Origin: an uncultured Alphaproteobacteria bacterium
GTDB lineage: Bacteria > Pseudomonadota > Alphaproteobacteria > CADEGL01
NCBI GenBank assembly: GCA_902826885.1
Contig: CADEGL010000008.1
Span: 10,819 to 74,818, forward strand
Reading direction: 5' to 3'
Length of the DNA stretch: 64,000 nucleotides
The position numbers and the translations under genes were made by a program. Numbering within the stretch: position 1 is the first letter of the stretch; the number at the start of each line of letters is the position of its first letter. Shown here piece by piece: positions 37,761 through 47,360 of the stretch. The notes beneath the pieces are model-generated. The model ran no database searches. It was given only the letters and a program-made list of their open reading frames with translations, and had not been told where the DNA came from.

Positions 37761-38378
37761 TCAGAAATGGTAACGGTAACCAAGGGTCAGGAAGTTCGAG
37801 CCGTCCCCCGCCCCATCGATCAGCCCGAAAATACCGCTGCGGTGCTCCAGCCGAAAGAAGACCTGGTTCCATGGGTTGCTGGGCAGGGCGAAGGTGAACT
37901 CCAGGTCAGCCTGGTTCAGCACCTTGGTGGTGATGCCTTTGTCGGCTTCGATCGGCGGAATGATGTTCGTGTAGCTGGGCCCAAGGCCGAAGGCGAAGGT
38001 GGTTACGATCCACTTGTTCCAAGGGAAGTCATGCCAGCGCGCGACGGCCGCGAGCGACCATTCGTTGTAATCCTCCTGCCCCCAGTGAAACGCGTATTGG
38101 CCTTCGATCTCGAAGCCCAGCGCGCCATGGCCGATGCGGCCAAGTTCCCGATCGATGGTGAGGGCCACCATGCGGTCGCCCGAATCGCGCGTGTTCCACG
38201 GCGAGGTGATGATGCGGCTGACATATTGTTCGGTGCCGAAGCCGCCGGACAAAGCAACGGCGTTGGGGCGGTCATGGGCCGTCGACCATCTCCACGTCAG
38301 CCAGTCGCCCTCTTCCGGTTCTTCCGCCGCGAGCGGCACGGGGCATGCGAGCGAAACGGCGAGCGCCGCCACCGCCAT
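37761..38378 (-). CDS. Small outer-membrane beta-barrel protein (PagL/OmpW-like; possible lipid A deacylase)
   Basis: Signal peptide MAVAALAVSLACPVPLAA. Alternating amphipathic strands. HRSGIFG (HxS-like). Ends ...GYRYHF. Confidence 0.5.
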   Translation of the reverse strand: MAVAALAVSLACPVPLAAEEPEEGDWLTWRWSTAHDRPNAVALSGGFGTEQYVSRIITSPWNTRDSGDRMVALTIDRELGRIGHGALGFEIEGQYAFHWGQEDYNEWSLAAVARWHDFPWNKWIVTTFAFGLGPSYTNIIPPIEADKGITTKVLNQADLEFTFALPSNPWNQVFFRLEHRSGIFGLIDGAGDGSNFLTLGYRYHF

Positions 38379-38498
38379 GCGGACCGAGCGCCGCGAAGAT
38401 CCGTTTTCCGATCGTCCCCGATTCATACAATCCCCGCTCCGGACACGCCGGAGTAAGCCACTTAACGGGGCGCCGGGATCAAAGTTCCCGGATGTCCG

Positions 38499-38882
38499 CT
38501 ATCCCCGCTTGATTTTCTCGACCGTCCGCAACGCCCCCAGGCCGAGCATTCCCGCCATGAGCTCCCAGAGTCCCGAGTCCAAGGACGGCGGCGGAGGCAC
38601 GGAAATTCCGTTCCAGGCCGCGATCCAAGTGCCGAGCGGTACCAGAAGATACTGATAGGCGAGCGCCGCCGCGCAGCACCAACCGATGGCGGGGCGCCAG
38701 CCGGCGACGAAGAGCGAGGCGTTCTTGGCCTCCTCGGCGTTCACCTCCATCTGCTTCAGATCGGCCGCGGCCAGTTGCGCCAGCGTTTCGCGCAGGGCGC
38801 GCTCGCGTGTGGCGGGGTCGGGCAACACGGCACCCAATACGCGGTCGAGGATGGGCACCAGGGCGGCGATCAGCGCGGGCAT
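38499..38882 (-). CDS. Phage holin (3-TM, GTA-release-type family)
   Basis: The N-terminus MPALIAALVPILDRV... and FVAGWRPAIGWCCAAALAYQYLLVPL resemble the Holin_3TM family. The ATG directly follows the endolysin TAG stop. Confidence 0.65.
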   Translation of the reverse strand: MPALIAALVPILDRVLGAVLPDPATRERALRETLAQLAAADLKQMEVNAEEAKNASLFVAGWRPAIGWCCAAALAYQYLLVPLGTWIAAWNGISVPPPPSLDSGLWELMAGMLGLGALRTVEKIKRG

Positions 38883-39359
38883 CTAGGTCTCCTTATAAGC
38901 GGACAAGAATTTCTCGACCGTGCCCTTGCCACCCGCGTTGTAATGGCGGACCCAATAGGCGGCGAGGCCGGACGCATCGTCCGCGCGCGGCAAGGGCAAC
39001 GGGCACATCCAGTATTTGAGCCGCGCGATGGCGCAGCCGAGGCGGTCATTATCGTAAAGCTGCTCGCCGGGCGTACGGTTGGGCAGCAACAAGCCGTTCA
39101 CGCGGCCGAGCAGCCCTGTGCGCCGCGGCAGATAGCGTCGATAGACGTCGTGGAACGTCGCGGGTTCGATCTGGAACAGCCCGCGCGCGGGACCGCCGCC
39201 GATTTGCCGCCGGTGGACCAGCCTGCTTTCGACCAGCGCCGTGCCGAGCATGAGGTTGGACGCCGCGCGCGAATAGAGGTCGAGCAGGCGCAGGACGGGG
39301 TCGATGACCTCCGCCCGGAAATCGTCGGGATTCATGGTTTGGAAATCGTCTCCAGACAC
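38883..39359 (-). CDS. Phage endolysin (lytic-transglycosylase-like)
   Basis: LGTALVESRL...GLFQIEPATF resembles the SLT catalytic E-S...GLMQ motif. GTG start. Adjacent to the holin. Confidence 0.6.
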   Translation of the reverse strand: MSGDDFQTMNPDDFRAEVIDPVLRLLDLYSRAASNLMLGTALVESRLVHRRQIGGGPARGLFQIEPATFHDVYRRYLPRRTGLLGRVNGLLLPNRTPGEQLYDNDRLGCAIARLKYWMCPLPLPRADDASGLAAYWVRHYNAGGKGTVEKFLSAYKET

Positions 39360-39605
39360 GCGGTCTTGCCGCGCAAATAGCGTTCGAGGATCTCGGCAGC
39401 CTTCACCACGCGCTCGGGCGCAGCACCGCGCGGCGCCATTTCGACGGCGCGCTCGAGCGCGAAGGCGCGGCGGCCTTCCGCCACCGCCTCCTTGGTGAGG
39501 CAGTCCAGGTATTCGCTCATGATGCGAGGAGCTTTCGTCTAAAGAGAGTATCGGTGCGCGACTCTCAAAATTTCCCCTCCCTCGTCGGGGAAGGGTGAAG
39601 TCGGG

Positions 39606-39863
39606 CTACGAGCCGGCCTTGAAGCGCAGCGCGGCGCGCAGGCCTTCCCACAGGAGATAGGCCAAGCCGGACAGCGCCATGCCCATGGCGGCCAGGCGCG
39701 TCTTGCGCGCCAGTTCCTCGCCGCCCATGCGCGTACGGCGCAGGAAGGCGAAGTCGCGCTGAAGGTCGAGGACGGAATCCGGCGCGTTCGCATCGAGTCC
39801 GAGCGTGGTCAGGGTCTCGCGCACCGTCTCGCGCACGATGCGGCGGATGTCGGCTTCGGTCAT
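39606..39863 (-). CDS. Small phage-associated protein with C-terminal TM helix (lysis-accessory or spanin-like)
   Basis: MTEADIRRIVRETV...LAAMGMALSGLAYLLW. It sits between the tail fiber and lysis genes. Confidence 0.4.
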   Translation of the reverse strand: MTEADIRRIVRETVRETLTTLGLDANAPDSVLDLQRDFAFLRRTRMGGEELARKTRLAAMGMALSGLAYLLWEGLRAALRFKAGS

Positions 39864-39873
39864 GACAAAGCTT

Positions 39874-41322
39874 TCAGGCGTCGCGGCCGCGCGGATCGCG
39901 CCAGCCCAGCGTCGCGATGCGGCATGCCACGTCGGCGCCGGAGCGCCGGCGGATCTGCGCGCTGGTATTGGTCCAGATGGCGGCGTTGCCGTGACAGGCG
40001 GTGGCCGTGCCGCCGGTCGATTCGCCGATCTGCGCCAGGGGCCCGGCCGTGCTGCTGGGCGCCTCGTCGTTGATGTCGGGATCGCTGAGATAAAGCCCCG
40101 TGTCGCCGACATAGGCCGACACCATGGCCTTCACCCGCAGGCCCGTGGGCACGGTCATCGTCGCCAGCACGGCGCTGGAACCGGAATTGTTGGTGTCGAC
40201 GTCAAGCGGCGGGTCCTTCCACCAGAACTCGTCGCCGCGCTGGACGAACGTCAACAGATTGCCCGAACCGTCGTTACGCACGGCGCCCAGGCGGCGCTTC
40301 TGCGTATAACCGGACGGCATCGTCGGCGCGGTGGCGCTGGCCGAGAACAGCACATCGACGACCTGCGTCGTCGGATTTCGGATGGCGTAGAGGTGATACC
40401 AGGTGGCGTTGGCCTCCGAGCCCGTGTCGAGTCCGCCCTGGTTGGTACCCGCGGCCCAGGCGGCATCCAGCCGTTTGGTGAGCGAAGCAGCGAGCACGAT
40501 GTTGGCCGCGTTGCCGTCGTCGCGGCAAGCGCCCGCCGCCACGTCGATATCGTTGTTGGCGTCCGAGCCGTTGTTGGACAGCATGAACCCGTCGATCTGC
40601 CCGCGCGGCAGAGGAATCTCCGCCCAGCCGGGATCAGTGCCGTCTGACAGCAGCACCCGTCCCACCGCGCCGACCGCCAGGCGCTGCGGCGCGCTGATAC
40701 CGCGTAGCACCAGGTCGCCGCGCGTGGTCAACACGTTCTTGAGCGCGCCGAGCGTGGCCAGCGCCGTGTCGGCATCCACATCGTCCAGCAGCGTGTTGAT
40801 GAAGGACGAGACAGGCCCCAGATCGGCGCTGGTGCCCGCAGCCGCAATGGCGCGGCCATTGGCGTCGAAGGCCAGGAACTTGGAGGCGCGCTCGACCGAG
40901 GACGGCAGATCGGCACTGAGAGATGTCGCATCGGTGGTCGGGAACTTGACGCTGCGCGCCAGCACTTCCTCGACCTCCTGCACCAGCATCACGGCGCGGT
41001 CGTGCGCCTCCTCGACCGAACCCGATGGGAACGGATCGTTGGGCGTCAGATCCACGCCTTGGGTGCGCGGCAGCACCCGGCGAATCGTCCACTGGACCGA
41101 CGCGGTGGGCGCCACCAGCGCCGTGACCGTGCCGGTTCCCCCGCCGCCGCCCGCGACCGTGTAGTGCGTTTCCAGCACCTTCGGCGTTTCCACGCCGGTC
41201 GCGACCGCGCGCTCGATCACCTGCAGGTCGGCGGCTTCGAAGAAGTTGAACGGCACGGCGAAGGACACGGTGGCGCCGTTGCCGGCATAGGTTGTCTTGC
41301 TGGTCGTGGAAGAGACAGTCAT
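39874..41322 (-). CDS. Phage tail fiber/host-recognition protein
   Basis: RBS GAGGAA. 482 aa rich in Gly/Thr/Ser/Asn. Low-complexity runs (GGGGGTGTVT) and a beta-rich C-terminus. It occupies the position of T7 gp17. Confidence 0.55.
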   Translation of the reverse strand: MTVSSTTSKTTYAGNGATVSFAVPFNFFEAADLQVIERAVATGVETPKVLETHYTVAGGGGGTGTVTALVAPTASVQWTIRRVLPRTQGVDLTPNDPFPSGSVEEAHDRAVMLVQEVEEVLARSVKFPTTDATSLSADLPSSVERASKFLAFDANGRAIAAAGTSADLGPVSSFINTLLDDVDADTALATLGALKNVLTTRGDLVLRGISAPQRLAVGAVGRVLLSDGTDPGWAEIPLPRGQIDGFMLSNNGSDANNDIDVAAGACRDDGNAANIVLAASLTKRLDAAWAAGTNQGGLDTGSEANATWYHLYAIRNPTTQVVDVLFSASATAPTMPSGYTQKRRLGAVRNDGSGNLLTFVQRGDEFWWKDPPLDVDTNNSGSSAVLATMTVPTGLRVKAMVSAYVGDTGLYLSDPDINDEAPSSTAGPLAQIGESTGGTATACHGNAAIWTNTSAQIRRRSGADVACRIATLGWRDPRGRDA

Positions 41323-41352
41323 GGGTTCCTCGTCGAATGGGGGCGCGTTTAA

Positions 41353-41805
41353 CTATTTTTTCCAATGAGCGGCTGCTCTTGACGCGCCGCCCAGAAGCGT
41401 GGAGCCCGCTTCCATGAAGCTCGACTGCATCGCCGCGCGGCCGCGCGTGCGCTGGCCGCCCGCGTCAGCCAAGCGGCCCCAGGATTCGAGCTCACCCCGG
41501 CGGCGCAGCGAGAGCGCGTCCATCTCGGCATCCGAAGCCGTGTCGCCCAGGACGTCGATGGGCGTGCCCTCCAAGGTCACGCCGGCATTGGCGTAACCGG
41601 CGCGCCGGGCGCCCAACGCGCGTTGTGCCTGCTCCCGCGACCGCGCCTCGTCGAAGGCGGCCTGGTCGCGCGCGGCCGCGGCATAGCCCTCGGAAATCGA
41701 GGCGTTGTACTTCGCCATCTTATTGGCCGAGACGCCCTGGGAGATTTGGTTCGCCGCGGTCAGCGCCGTACCCGCGATCATCGCGGCGATTTCGATTCCA
41801 CTCAT
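41353..41805 (-). CDS. T7 gp14-like internal virion protein B homolog
   Basis: The N-terminus MSGIEIAAMIAGTALTAANQISQGVSANKMAKYNAS parallels T7 gp14 (...AAAIPIAISGAQAISGQNAQAKMIAAQTAAG). The ATG overlaps the upstream stop (ATGA). Confidence 0.5.
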   Translation of the reverse strand: MSGIEIAAMIAGTALTAANQISQGVSANKMAKYNASISEGYAAAARDQAAFDEARSREQAQRALGARRAGYANAGVTLEGTPIDVLGDTASDAEMDALSLRRRGELESWGRLADAGGQRTRGRAAMQSSFMEAGSTLLGGASRAAAHWKK

Positions 41806-42245
41806 CTTGTCCTCGCATACAGCCAATAATCTCCTCCGCCGTGCAGCCCATAACGGCGCATCAGCCCTTCGCGCTCGAAACCCAGCGCGCGCAGGAATCG
41901 CGCGCCCGCATCATGGTCCGCGTGACAGCTGGCCTGGATACGGCGCAGGCCTTGCGCGCTCTCCAAATCGGCCAAGCCCCGCATGGCGGCGCGAAACAGA
42001 GCGATGGGGCGGTCCAGCGCCTCGAGCGAGAACACGGCCCAGGCCTCGCCCACGCCCGGCCATAGCGGCCGCACGCCCGCGCAGCCCGCGACGCGCCCGT
42101 CGATCAGGCCGGTGAAGGCACAACCGCGCACGGCATAAGGGTCCAATCGGTCGGCCAGCCAATCGCGGTAAAGCGCCAGCTCCGCCTGCGCCGGCTGCGG
42201 CGCGACACGGCGCAGATGGCGCGGTTCGAACGGAACGATTCGCAT
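41802..42245 (-). CDS. GNAT-fold-like protein in phage structural module (gp13 position)
   Basis: ...GLIDGRVAGCAGV...RFLRALGFEREGLMRRYG... has GNAT-like C-terminal motifs. The start is 1 nt after the gp12-like stop. Confidence 0.45.
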   Translation of the reverse strand: MRIVPFEPRHLRRVAPQPAQAELALYRDWLADRLDPYAVRGCAFTGLIDGRVAGCAGVRPLWPGVGEAWAVFSLEALDRPIALFRAAMRGLADLESAQGLRRIQASCHADHDAGARFLRALGFEREGLMRRYGLHGGGDYWLYARTR

Positions 42246-42246
42246 C

Positions 42247-44277
42247 TCAGCGCTCGTAGGTCGCAAGGCGCGGCATCACGGCCAGAAGCGTGAGCGGCAG
42301 CGGCTGGCTCTGGCGGATGATAATGGTGGCGTCCGCGCCATAGCCGCCGTCGAAGGCCACATACTTGTCACCCGTGAACAAGGGTGGCGCCCGGTCCATG
42401 GCATCTCCGCCGGCGCGGAACAGGATTTCGTCGAGATGCGCTTCGTCCGGGCCGATGCGGCCGCCCAGCGTATCCATGAAACGCAGCGTTACGCCCGCGA
42501 TGCGCTTGACCTGCCCTTGCGCCGTGCCGGCCATCGCGCCCGCTTCGGGGCGCAGGGTCTCGATATCCGTCGGATAGCCGAGCCCCACATGGACTTTGGA
42601 GGCGGGCCGTTGCAGCGCGATGGCGCCGCCCGTCACCACGGCATCCGGATGGGCCGCGCCGTCGGCCAGGACGGAGACGGTCTCGCCTTCCAGATGGCCA
42701 AGGCCGGACACACTTTCCACCGGCGCGCCGTCATAGGTCAGGCCGCAATCGACGAAGAAGGCGTCTGCCTGCACATGATCGCGGGAAAACACTTCTTCCA
42801 TGAACTCGATCGTGCGATGGGTTGCGCCCGCGACGGTGCGCTTCACCGAAAGCCAGAGCTGGTCGTGCCCGCCATCAGGCGACGGGATGACGGAAAGCGA
42901 TTCGACAACCGCCGGCCCGCCCGCGAACGATCCGCCCAGCATATGCCGGTGCCAGCCGATGACCTCCTGCTCGCGCTCGTAGGTCATGCCGAGCAAGACA
43001 CCGTCTTCGCGCACGCACCACAGCACCGGGTCGGGCTCCTGCGCATATTCGACCGCGACAATGCCGGGCCGCGCGATATGCTCGGCCAGAAGGGTCAGAT
43101 CGGGCGCCACGTATTTGTCGCGCTCGAAGGAATAGGCCAGCTCGCGCACCTGGCGGCCTGAGCGGGTGACGAACAGCGTGGCGTCGCCCGCCTCGCGCGG
43201 CGCGAGATCCGCGCAGCCATGGGCGCGATGCCGCCGCGTTTGGACCGTGGTGGGGGTGAGCGGCTGATCCAGCGTGGTCGCGCGTAAGATCCACAAGCCG
43301 CCGACCGTACCGATCTGCAGCACCTGGCCGGGGTTGAGCCAGCGGATGACGTTGACCTGGTTGGCGGCCAGCGTGAAGGCGATGCCGCTGTCGTCCGCCA
43401 CGACGCCGTCCGCGCCGCTCGGCGCCATGGTTTCGAAATCGCCCGATTTGGACGACCACACGGTCTGCGGCTGATGCGTCGAACCGGCCCACCAGAGACG
43501 TTCCTCGAAGAACGTCACCGCGGCGGGATAACCTGTGGTTACGGACCACGCACCCAATCGCCAAACGGCGACAGCGGAGGTGCTGCCGAAGGCCGACTTC
43601 ACATCGGCCGTCACCTGCGTTCCCGAGGTGTAGGCCGTGATCTTGGCGTTGCCCCAGGTCGAGCCGTGCTTGATGCGCACCAAGCGCCCCACGTCCGAGG
43701 CCGCGAACGGACTGTGGCCCGAGGCCGTGATCGTGATGCCAGCGCCTGTGGTGGCCGAGGGCGCCAGCGTTTTTCCTGCGTCCGTGTTCTCGTCGAGATA
43801 CGGCCCATCGAGAAAGTCGATGAGAGACAGGGACCACGACGTATGCGAGCTGCGCGTCAGCTTGCGCGGCGCATGGGACGGGTGGGCAATGTAGAGCGTA
43901 TCGGCCGACTGCGCGAATTTCAGTGCTGGCAGGTCGGCTTCGAGATACGGCGTCGCGATCTCGACCGCCGTGCCCGGTGGCGATTCGATTCGCCCCTCTT
44001 CCATGTAGAACCGGACATACTGATCGCCGAACTCCAGCACATAGGCCTGGGTAGTCGAGAACTCGAACGGCGCCAGGCGCACCGCTTTGGCATCGGTTTT
44101 GACCGGCGCGACAAATCTTGTGCCCGAGCGGCGCGCGATCGGCCCCTGCAAACGGACGATGCCGTTCAGAATCGTCTTGGCCGCGACCGCGTAAGGGCCT
44201 AGATCGACGCGCCCCTGCAGCAAGGGCGAAATCTCGCCGCGCGCGAAAGACGCCTGGATGGGATTGGCCTTGGGCAT
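42247..44277 (-). CDS. T7 gp12-like tail tubular protein B homolog (or other large tail/baseplate protein)
   Basis: RBS AGGAA. The N-terminus PKANPIQASFARGEISPLLQGRVDL resembles gp12 (ALISQSIKNLKGGISQQPDILRYPDQ). 676 aa. It is in a cluster containing a gp11-like gene. Confidence 0.5.
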   Translation of the reverse strand: MPKANPIQASFARGEISPLLQGRVDLGPYAVAAKTILNGIVRLQGPIARRSGTRFVAPVKTDAKAVRLAPFEFSTTQAYVLEFGDQYVRFYMEEGRIESPPGTAVEIATPYLEADLPALKFAQSADTLYIAHPSHAPRKLTRSSHTSWSLSLIDFLDGPYLDENTDAGKTLAPSATTGAGITITASGHSPFAASDVGRLVRIKHGSTWGNAKITAYTSGTQVTADVKSAFGSTSAVAVWRLGAWSVTTGYPAAVTFFEERLWWAGSTHQPQTVWSSKSGDFETMAPSGADGVVADDSGIAFTLAANQVNVIRWLNPGQVLQIGTVGGLWILRATTLDQPLTPTTVQTRRHRAHGCADLAPREAGDATLFVTRSGRQVRELAYSFERDKYVAPDLTLLAEHIARPGIVAVEYAQEPDPVLWCVREDGVLLGMTYEREQEVIGWHRHMLGGSFAGGPAVVESLSVIPSPDGGHDQLWLSVKRTVAGATHRTIEFMEEVFSRDHVQADAFFVDCGLTYDGAPVESVSGLGHLEGETVSVLADGAAHPDAVVTGGAIALQRPASKVHVGLGYPTDIETLRPEAGAMAGTAQGQVKRIAGVTLRFMDTLGGRIGPDEAHLDEILFRAGGDAMDRAPPLFTGDKYVAFDGGYGADATIIIRQSQPLPLTLLAVMPRLATYER

Positions 44278-44342
44278 GGGAGTTTCCTACAAAAGCACAT
44301 GAAAAAGCCGCGCGGGCTTATGCGGCGCGGCGGGAGGAGCGG

Positions 44343-44753
44343 ATGGATATTCGGAATTACGAAAGTCGGGACAGGACCGCCGTGATCGCCCTATGGCAGG
44401 CGTGCGGCCTGGTTGTGCCGGGCAAGAACGACCCCGAAGCCGATATCGACTTCGCGGTTGCCAGCCAGGATGCGGAAGTTCTCGTCGGCGTGGTCGACGG
44501 CAAAATCGCCGCGACCGCGATGGTTGGCCACGACGGGCACCGGGGCTGGCTCTACTACGTCGCCGTCGCGCCCTCGCGCCAGAAATCCGGCTTGGGCCGG
44601 GAGATGGTCGAGGCCGCCGAAGAATGGCTGCGCCAACGCGGCGCGCCCAAGGCCCAGCTCATGATCCGCGAAACGAATACGCAAGTGGAGGCGTTCTACG
44701 CGAGGCTGGGCTACGCGACGATACCGCGCATCGTGATGCAGAAGGCGCTATAG
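44343..44753 (+). CDS. GNAT-family N-acetyltransferase
   Basis: RBS GGGAGGAG. Acetyl-CoA motif VAVAPSRQKSGLGREMVEAAEEW. It lies opposite to the flanking phage genes. Confidence 0.85.
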   Translation: MDIRNYESRDRTAVIALWQACGLVVPGKNDPEADIDFAVASQDAEVLVGVVDGKIAATAMVGHDGHRGWLYYVAVAPSRQKSGLGREMVEAAEEWLRQRGAPKAQLMIRETNTQVEAFYARLGYATIPRIVMQKAL

Positions 44754-44769
44754 GCACTATAATACCGCC

Positions 44770-45198
44770 ATGCGAAAGCCGGACCCTCTATGGCAGAGAA
44801 TCGCATTCGTCGTCGGGATCGGGCTGTTTGCCGGTGTGATGAAGTTCATAGCCCGGGATGCATCCGATTGGATTGCTTTCGGTGCACCGGCCTGGGACGC
44901 CGCGCTCGCGATATTCCTGTTCTGGATGCAGCTGGCGCCGGTCGTCGCGGCCGGCATTTGGATCAACGAGCGGCTTAAGTCGGGCCAAACGACCCAGAAG
45001 CAGGTGGACCGATTCTGCAGAATTCTTTTGCCCGCCGTATTAGTCCCCCTCGCTTATGACTTCTTCCACTCCTTCAAGATGTCCGCCGACATGCAGGCAA
45101 TATTTTTAGCCGCGATCTGCGTGTGGGCGTTGTTTGCGTTGTGGGTGACGGGTCAGTTCACCGCGAAAAGCCCTGCTCCGCCCGGCGCGGAAAGGTAG
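44770..45198 (+). CDS. Hypothetical 4-TM membrane protein (lower-GC, likely horizontally acquired)
   Basis: Four hydrophobic helices. Local GC about 55-57% with A/T-rich codons (ttt, tta, ata), atypical for the window. Confidence 0.45.
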   Translation: MRKPDPLWQRIAFVVGIGLFAGVMKFIARDASDWIAFGAPAWDAALAIFLFWMQLAPVVAAGIWINERLKSGQTTQKQVDRFCRILLPAVLVPLAYDFFHSFKMSADMQAIFLAAICVWALFALWVTGQFTAKSPAPPGAER

Positions 45199-45205
45199 AG
45201 CACAC

Positions 45206-46288
45206 TCACTTTCCGGACCGTACCTTCTCGACCTCGTCGCGAGCGCTTTGGTAAGCCTCGATCGCGTCGTGAATATTTACGCCCTTCCACGCCAGCTTCA
45301 GGGCAGGCGGTGCGAGCGCAACCAACTTATCGATGCCAAACGCCTTGTCCTCAGCTGAATCTAGAAGCACGTCTCCTATCACTTTCTTTATGACGTACAG
45401 GCTCAGTTCCCGATCAGCCTGCGCCAGCTGTTCTTGCGACTTAACATCATTCGGATCGACATCGAGCGCCTTCTTGGCGGCCCAGTAATCCTTTCCGATG
45501 TTTTCCGGTGTCCTCGCCTCTCGTGGTTCGCCAACGTTCTGAACGTCCTTGTACCGATCACGATCGGCCGCGATGACTGCGGCATCCGGAAAGCCGAACG
45601 CTTGGCCCGCGCGTTTGATGTCCAGCGCGGACTGCGCGCGCACCCTGGGGGCGGGTTTTGGGCCGGCCTCATGGCGCCAGCCTTCACGCGCGCGTTGTTC
45701 GAATGCCTCGCGATCCGCCGGCACGCCATCGGGCGCTCCGAAGCCGTTCCCCATGGGCATTTTCGGCATGATCTCGACCGTAAATCGATCCATCGCCGCG
45801 GCCGGATCGGCTTCCAGGCCGAAGGCGTGGGCGCGATGCGCCTCCAGCGCGGCTTGCCGTAGGATTTCGTTTCGCGGGTGGCCGTCGCTGGCGCGGGCCA
45901 ATCGGCCAAGCTCCTCTATGCGCGCCTGATAGGCTTCCTGAAGCGCCGCACGCTCGCGTACATCATTCTCCCGCTCGAAGGCGGCGGCATGGGTGTCGGC
46001 GAGAGACGTGAAATCACGCAGGAACAACGCGCGGCCGGTTCGGTCGTCGGCCAACCCGTCGGCGAGTTGCCGGCCGATGGCTTCGACCTCGTCGCGGAAC
46101 CGGCCGGGCGCCGCGGCCCAATCCGTGGCTTGGCCGAAACGTGCCTGCAAATTGCCGAGCGTCCGCGCGGCGCTTGCCGAGGTTTGCAGCAGGCGTCCGT
46201 ACCGGCGCCGCGCTTCCGTGTCGTCGAGCAAAGCCGGCGCGCTGGGTGCGGCTTGCACGATATCCTCGGGCACAATGATGGTGGACAT
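45206..46288 (-). CDS. Phage hypothetical protein (scaffold/internal-protein-like, helical, charged)
   Basis: Strong RBS GAGGAGAAAAG. It follows the gp11-like gene. The 3' third has lower GC. Confidence 0.5.
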   Translation of the reverse strand: MSTIIVPEDIVQAAPSAPALLDDTEARRRYGRLLQTSASAARTLGNLQARFGQATDWAAAPGRFRDEVEAIGRQLADGLADDRTGRALFLRDFTSLADTHAAAFERENDVRERAALQEAYQARIEELGRLARASDGHPRNEILRQAALEAHRAHAFGLEADPAAAMDRFTVEIMPKMPMGNGFGAPDGVPADREAFEQRAREGWRHEAGPKPAPRVRAQSALDIKRAGQAFGFPDAAVIAADRDRYKDVQNVGEPREARTPENIGKDYWAAKKALDVDPNDVKSQEQLAQADRELSLYVIKKVIGDVLLDSAEDKAFGIDKLVALAPPALKLAWKGVNIHDAIEAYQSARDEVEKVRSGK

Positions 46289-46297
46289 CTTTTCTCC

Positions 46298-46867
46298 TCA
46301 CAACCGCGCCAGCAGCCATTCCTCGGCGGTCAGCACATCCGGCGTTCCTTCCTGCGCGTCCGCCGTCCGCGCCTCCGCGAGCTTGCGTTCATAGAGGAGC
46401 CGCATGGCTTCCCCCATGGACGAACTTTGCTTCAGCGGCTCGGCCAGCTCCGCCGCGAGCCGCGCGGCAAGCGCTTCGCGAAACAGGGCCGGGAATTCGT
46501 TGGGGTCGGTGACACGCCGCAGATAGAGCACGCGCAGGGGCGCGCCGGCGTCGGTCAGGATGCGGCGGCCCTCGACCTTCCATTCAGCTTCCGTGTCCTC
46601 GAGACGCAGAACACGCAGGCAATAGTCGGGCGACGTCGGCAGCGGATAGGCGTTGGCGTAGCCCCAGACGGGCGAGGCCGCGTCGGCCGCGAGTTCGGCG
46701 CGCGCCAGCGCGAAGTTCCAGGGATGCGCCTGGATCACCGAATCGCGCAGCTCGTCGAAGACGGCGTGGGCCAGGCGCGCGGGCTTGGCGCCCTCGGATA
46801 AAGACGTGATGGTCGCCTCGCCGAGCTTGATCAGCGCGGCGTTGACGATGCCGACGGTGGAGGCCAT
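46298..46867 (-). CDS. T7 gp11-like tail tubular protein A homolog
   Basis: RBS AGGAG. The N-terminus VNAALIKLGEATITSLSEGAKPARLAHAVFDELRDSVIQAHPWNF parallels T7 gp11 ([46 protein letters not shown]). Confidence 0.7.
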   Translation of the reverse strand: MASTVGIVNAALIKLGEATITSLSEGAKPARLAHAVFDELRDSVIQAHPWNFALARAELAADAASPVWGYANAYPLPTSPDYCLRVLRLEDTEAEWKVEGRRILTDAGAPLRVLYLRRVTDPNEFPALFREALAARLAAELAEPLKQSSSMGEAMRLLYERKLAEARTADAQEGTPDVLTAEEWLLARL

Positions 46868-46929
46868 CGGTCGCTCCTATGGTTTTTGGGAATAAAAGAC
46901 GTGCGGAGGCGGTAAAGGCGCGGGCGCGG

Positions 46930-47160
46930 TCAGACGCGCTCGCGGCAATAGGCCTGGATTTCTTCGGCCGAGAACGCGAGGCCGTCCGGCCCCTCGACGC
47001 GCAGCACCGTGCCGCCGCGCGCAAGCGTACGGCAGGCGAAGAACAATGCACCGTCGAGATTCGGAAAACGAACCGTCTCGGCCCCGGCGTTGCCCAACCG
47101 CGCGAATTGCTCCGGCGCGGCGCCGGAATATTGGACGAAGAAACGCCAGGCTTCGGTCAC
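46930..47160 (-). CDS. Small hypothetical protein in phage module
   Basis: 76-aa ORF collinear with flanking phage genes. No recognisable motif. Confidence 0.3.
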   Translation of the reverse strand: MTEAWRFFVQYSGAAPEQFARLGNAGAETVRFPNLDGALFFACRTLARGGTVLRVEGPDGLAFSAEEIQAYCRERV

Positions 47161-47360
47161 ACCCTGCTCACCCCGCGGTTGAAATCCGCATGTGCCGTGC
47201 CTGAGCGACGGAGCGCATCGGTGGGGCTTGCCGGCTGGACGCCGGTTTGGTTGGCCGTCTTAGTGGCAAACTTATCCGCAAAATCCGGGCCACGTGCCGG
47301 GCGGATTCCCAGAGAAAAGCGCGGAAATCCGCCCGACATCAAGGGAACGGGACGGCGCGC

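Noticed and set aside
39332-39520. 62-aa minus-strand ORF overlapping the endolysin start
   Set aside because: It is plausible as an embedded lysis-accessory gene. It has no RBS or motif support, and the 28-nt overlap makes it uncertain, so it was left out of the features.
39539-39793. 84-aa minus-strand ORF in the phage region
   Set aside because: It overlaps the better-supported 85-aa TM protein in another frame. It is Arg/Pro/Ala-rich, which is compositional noise.
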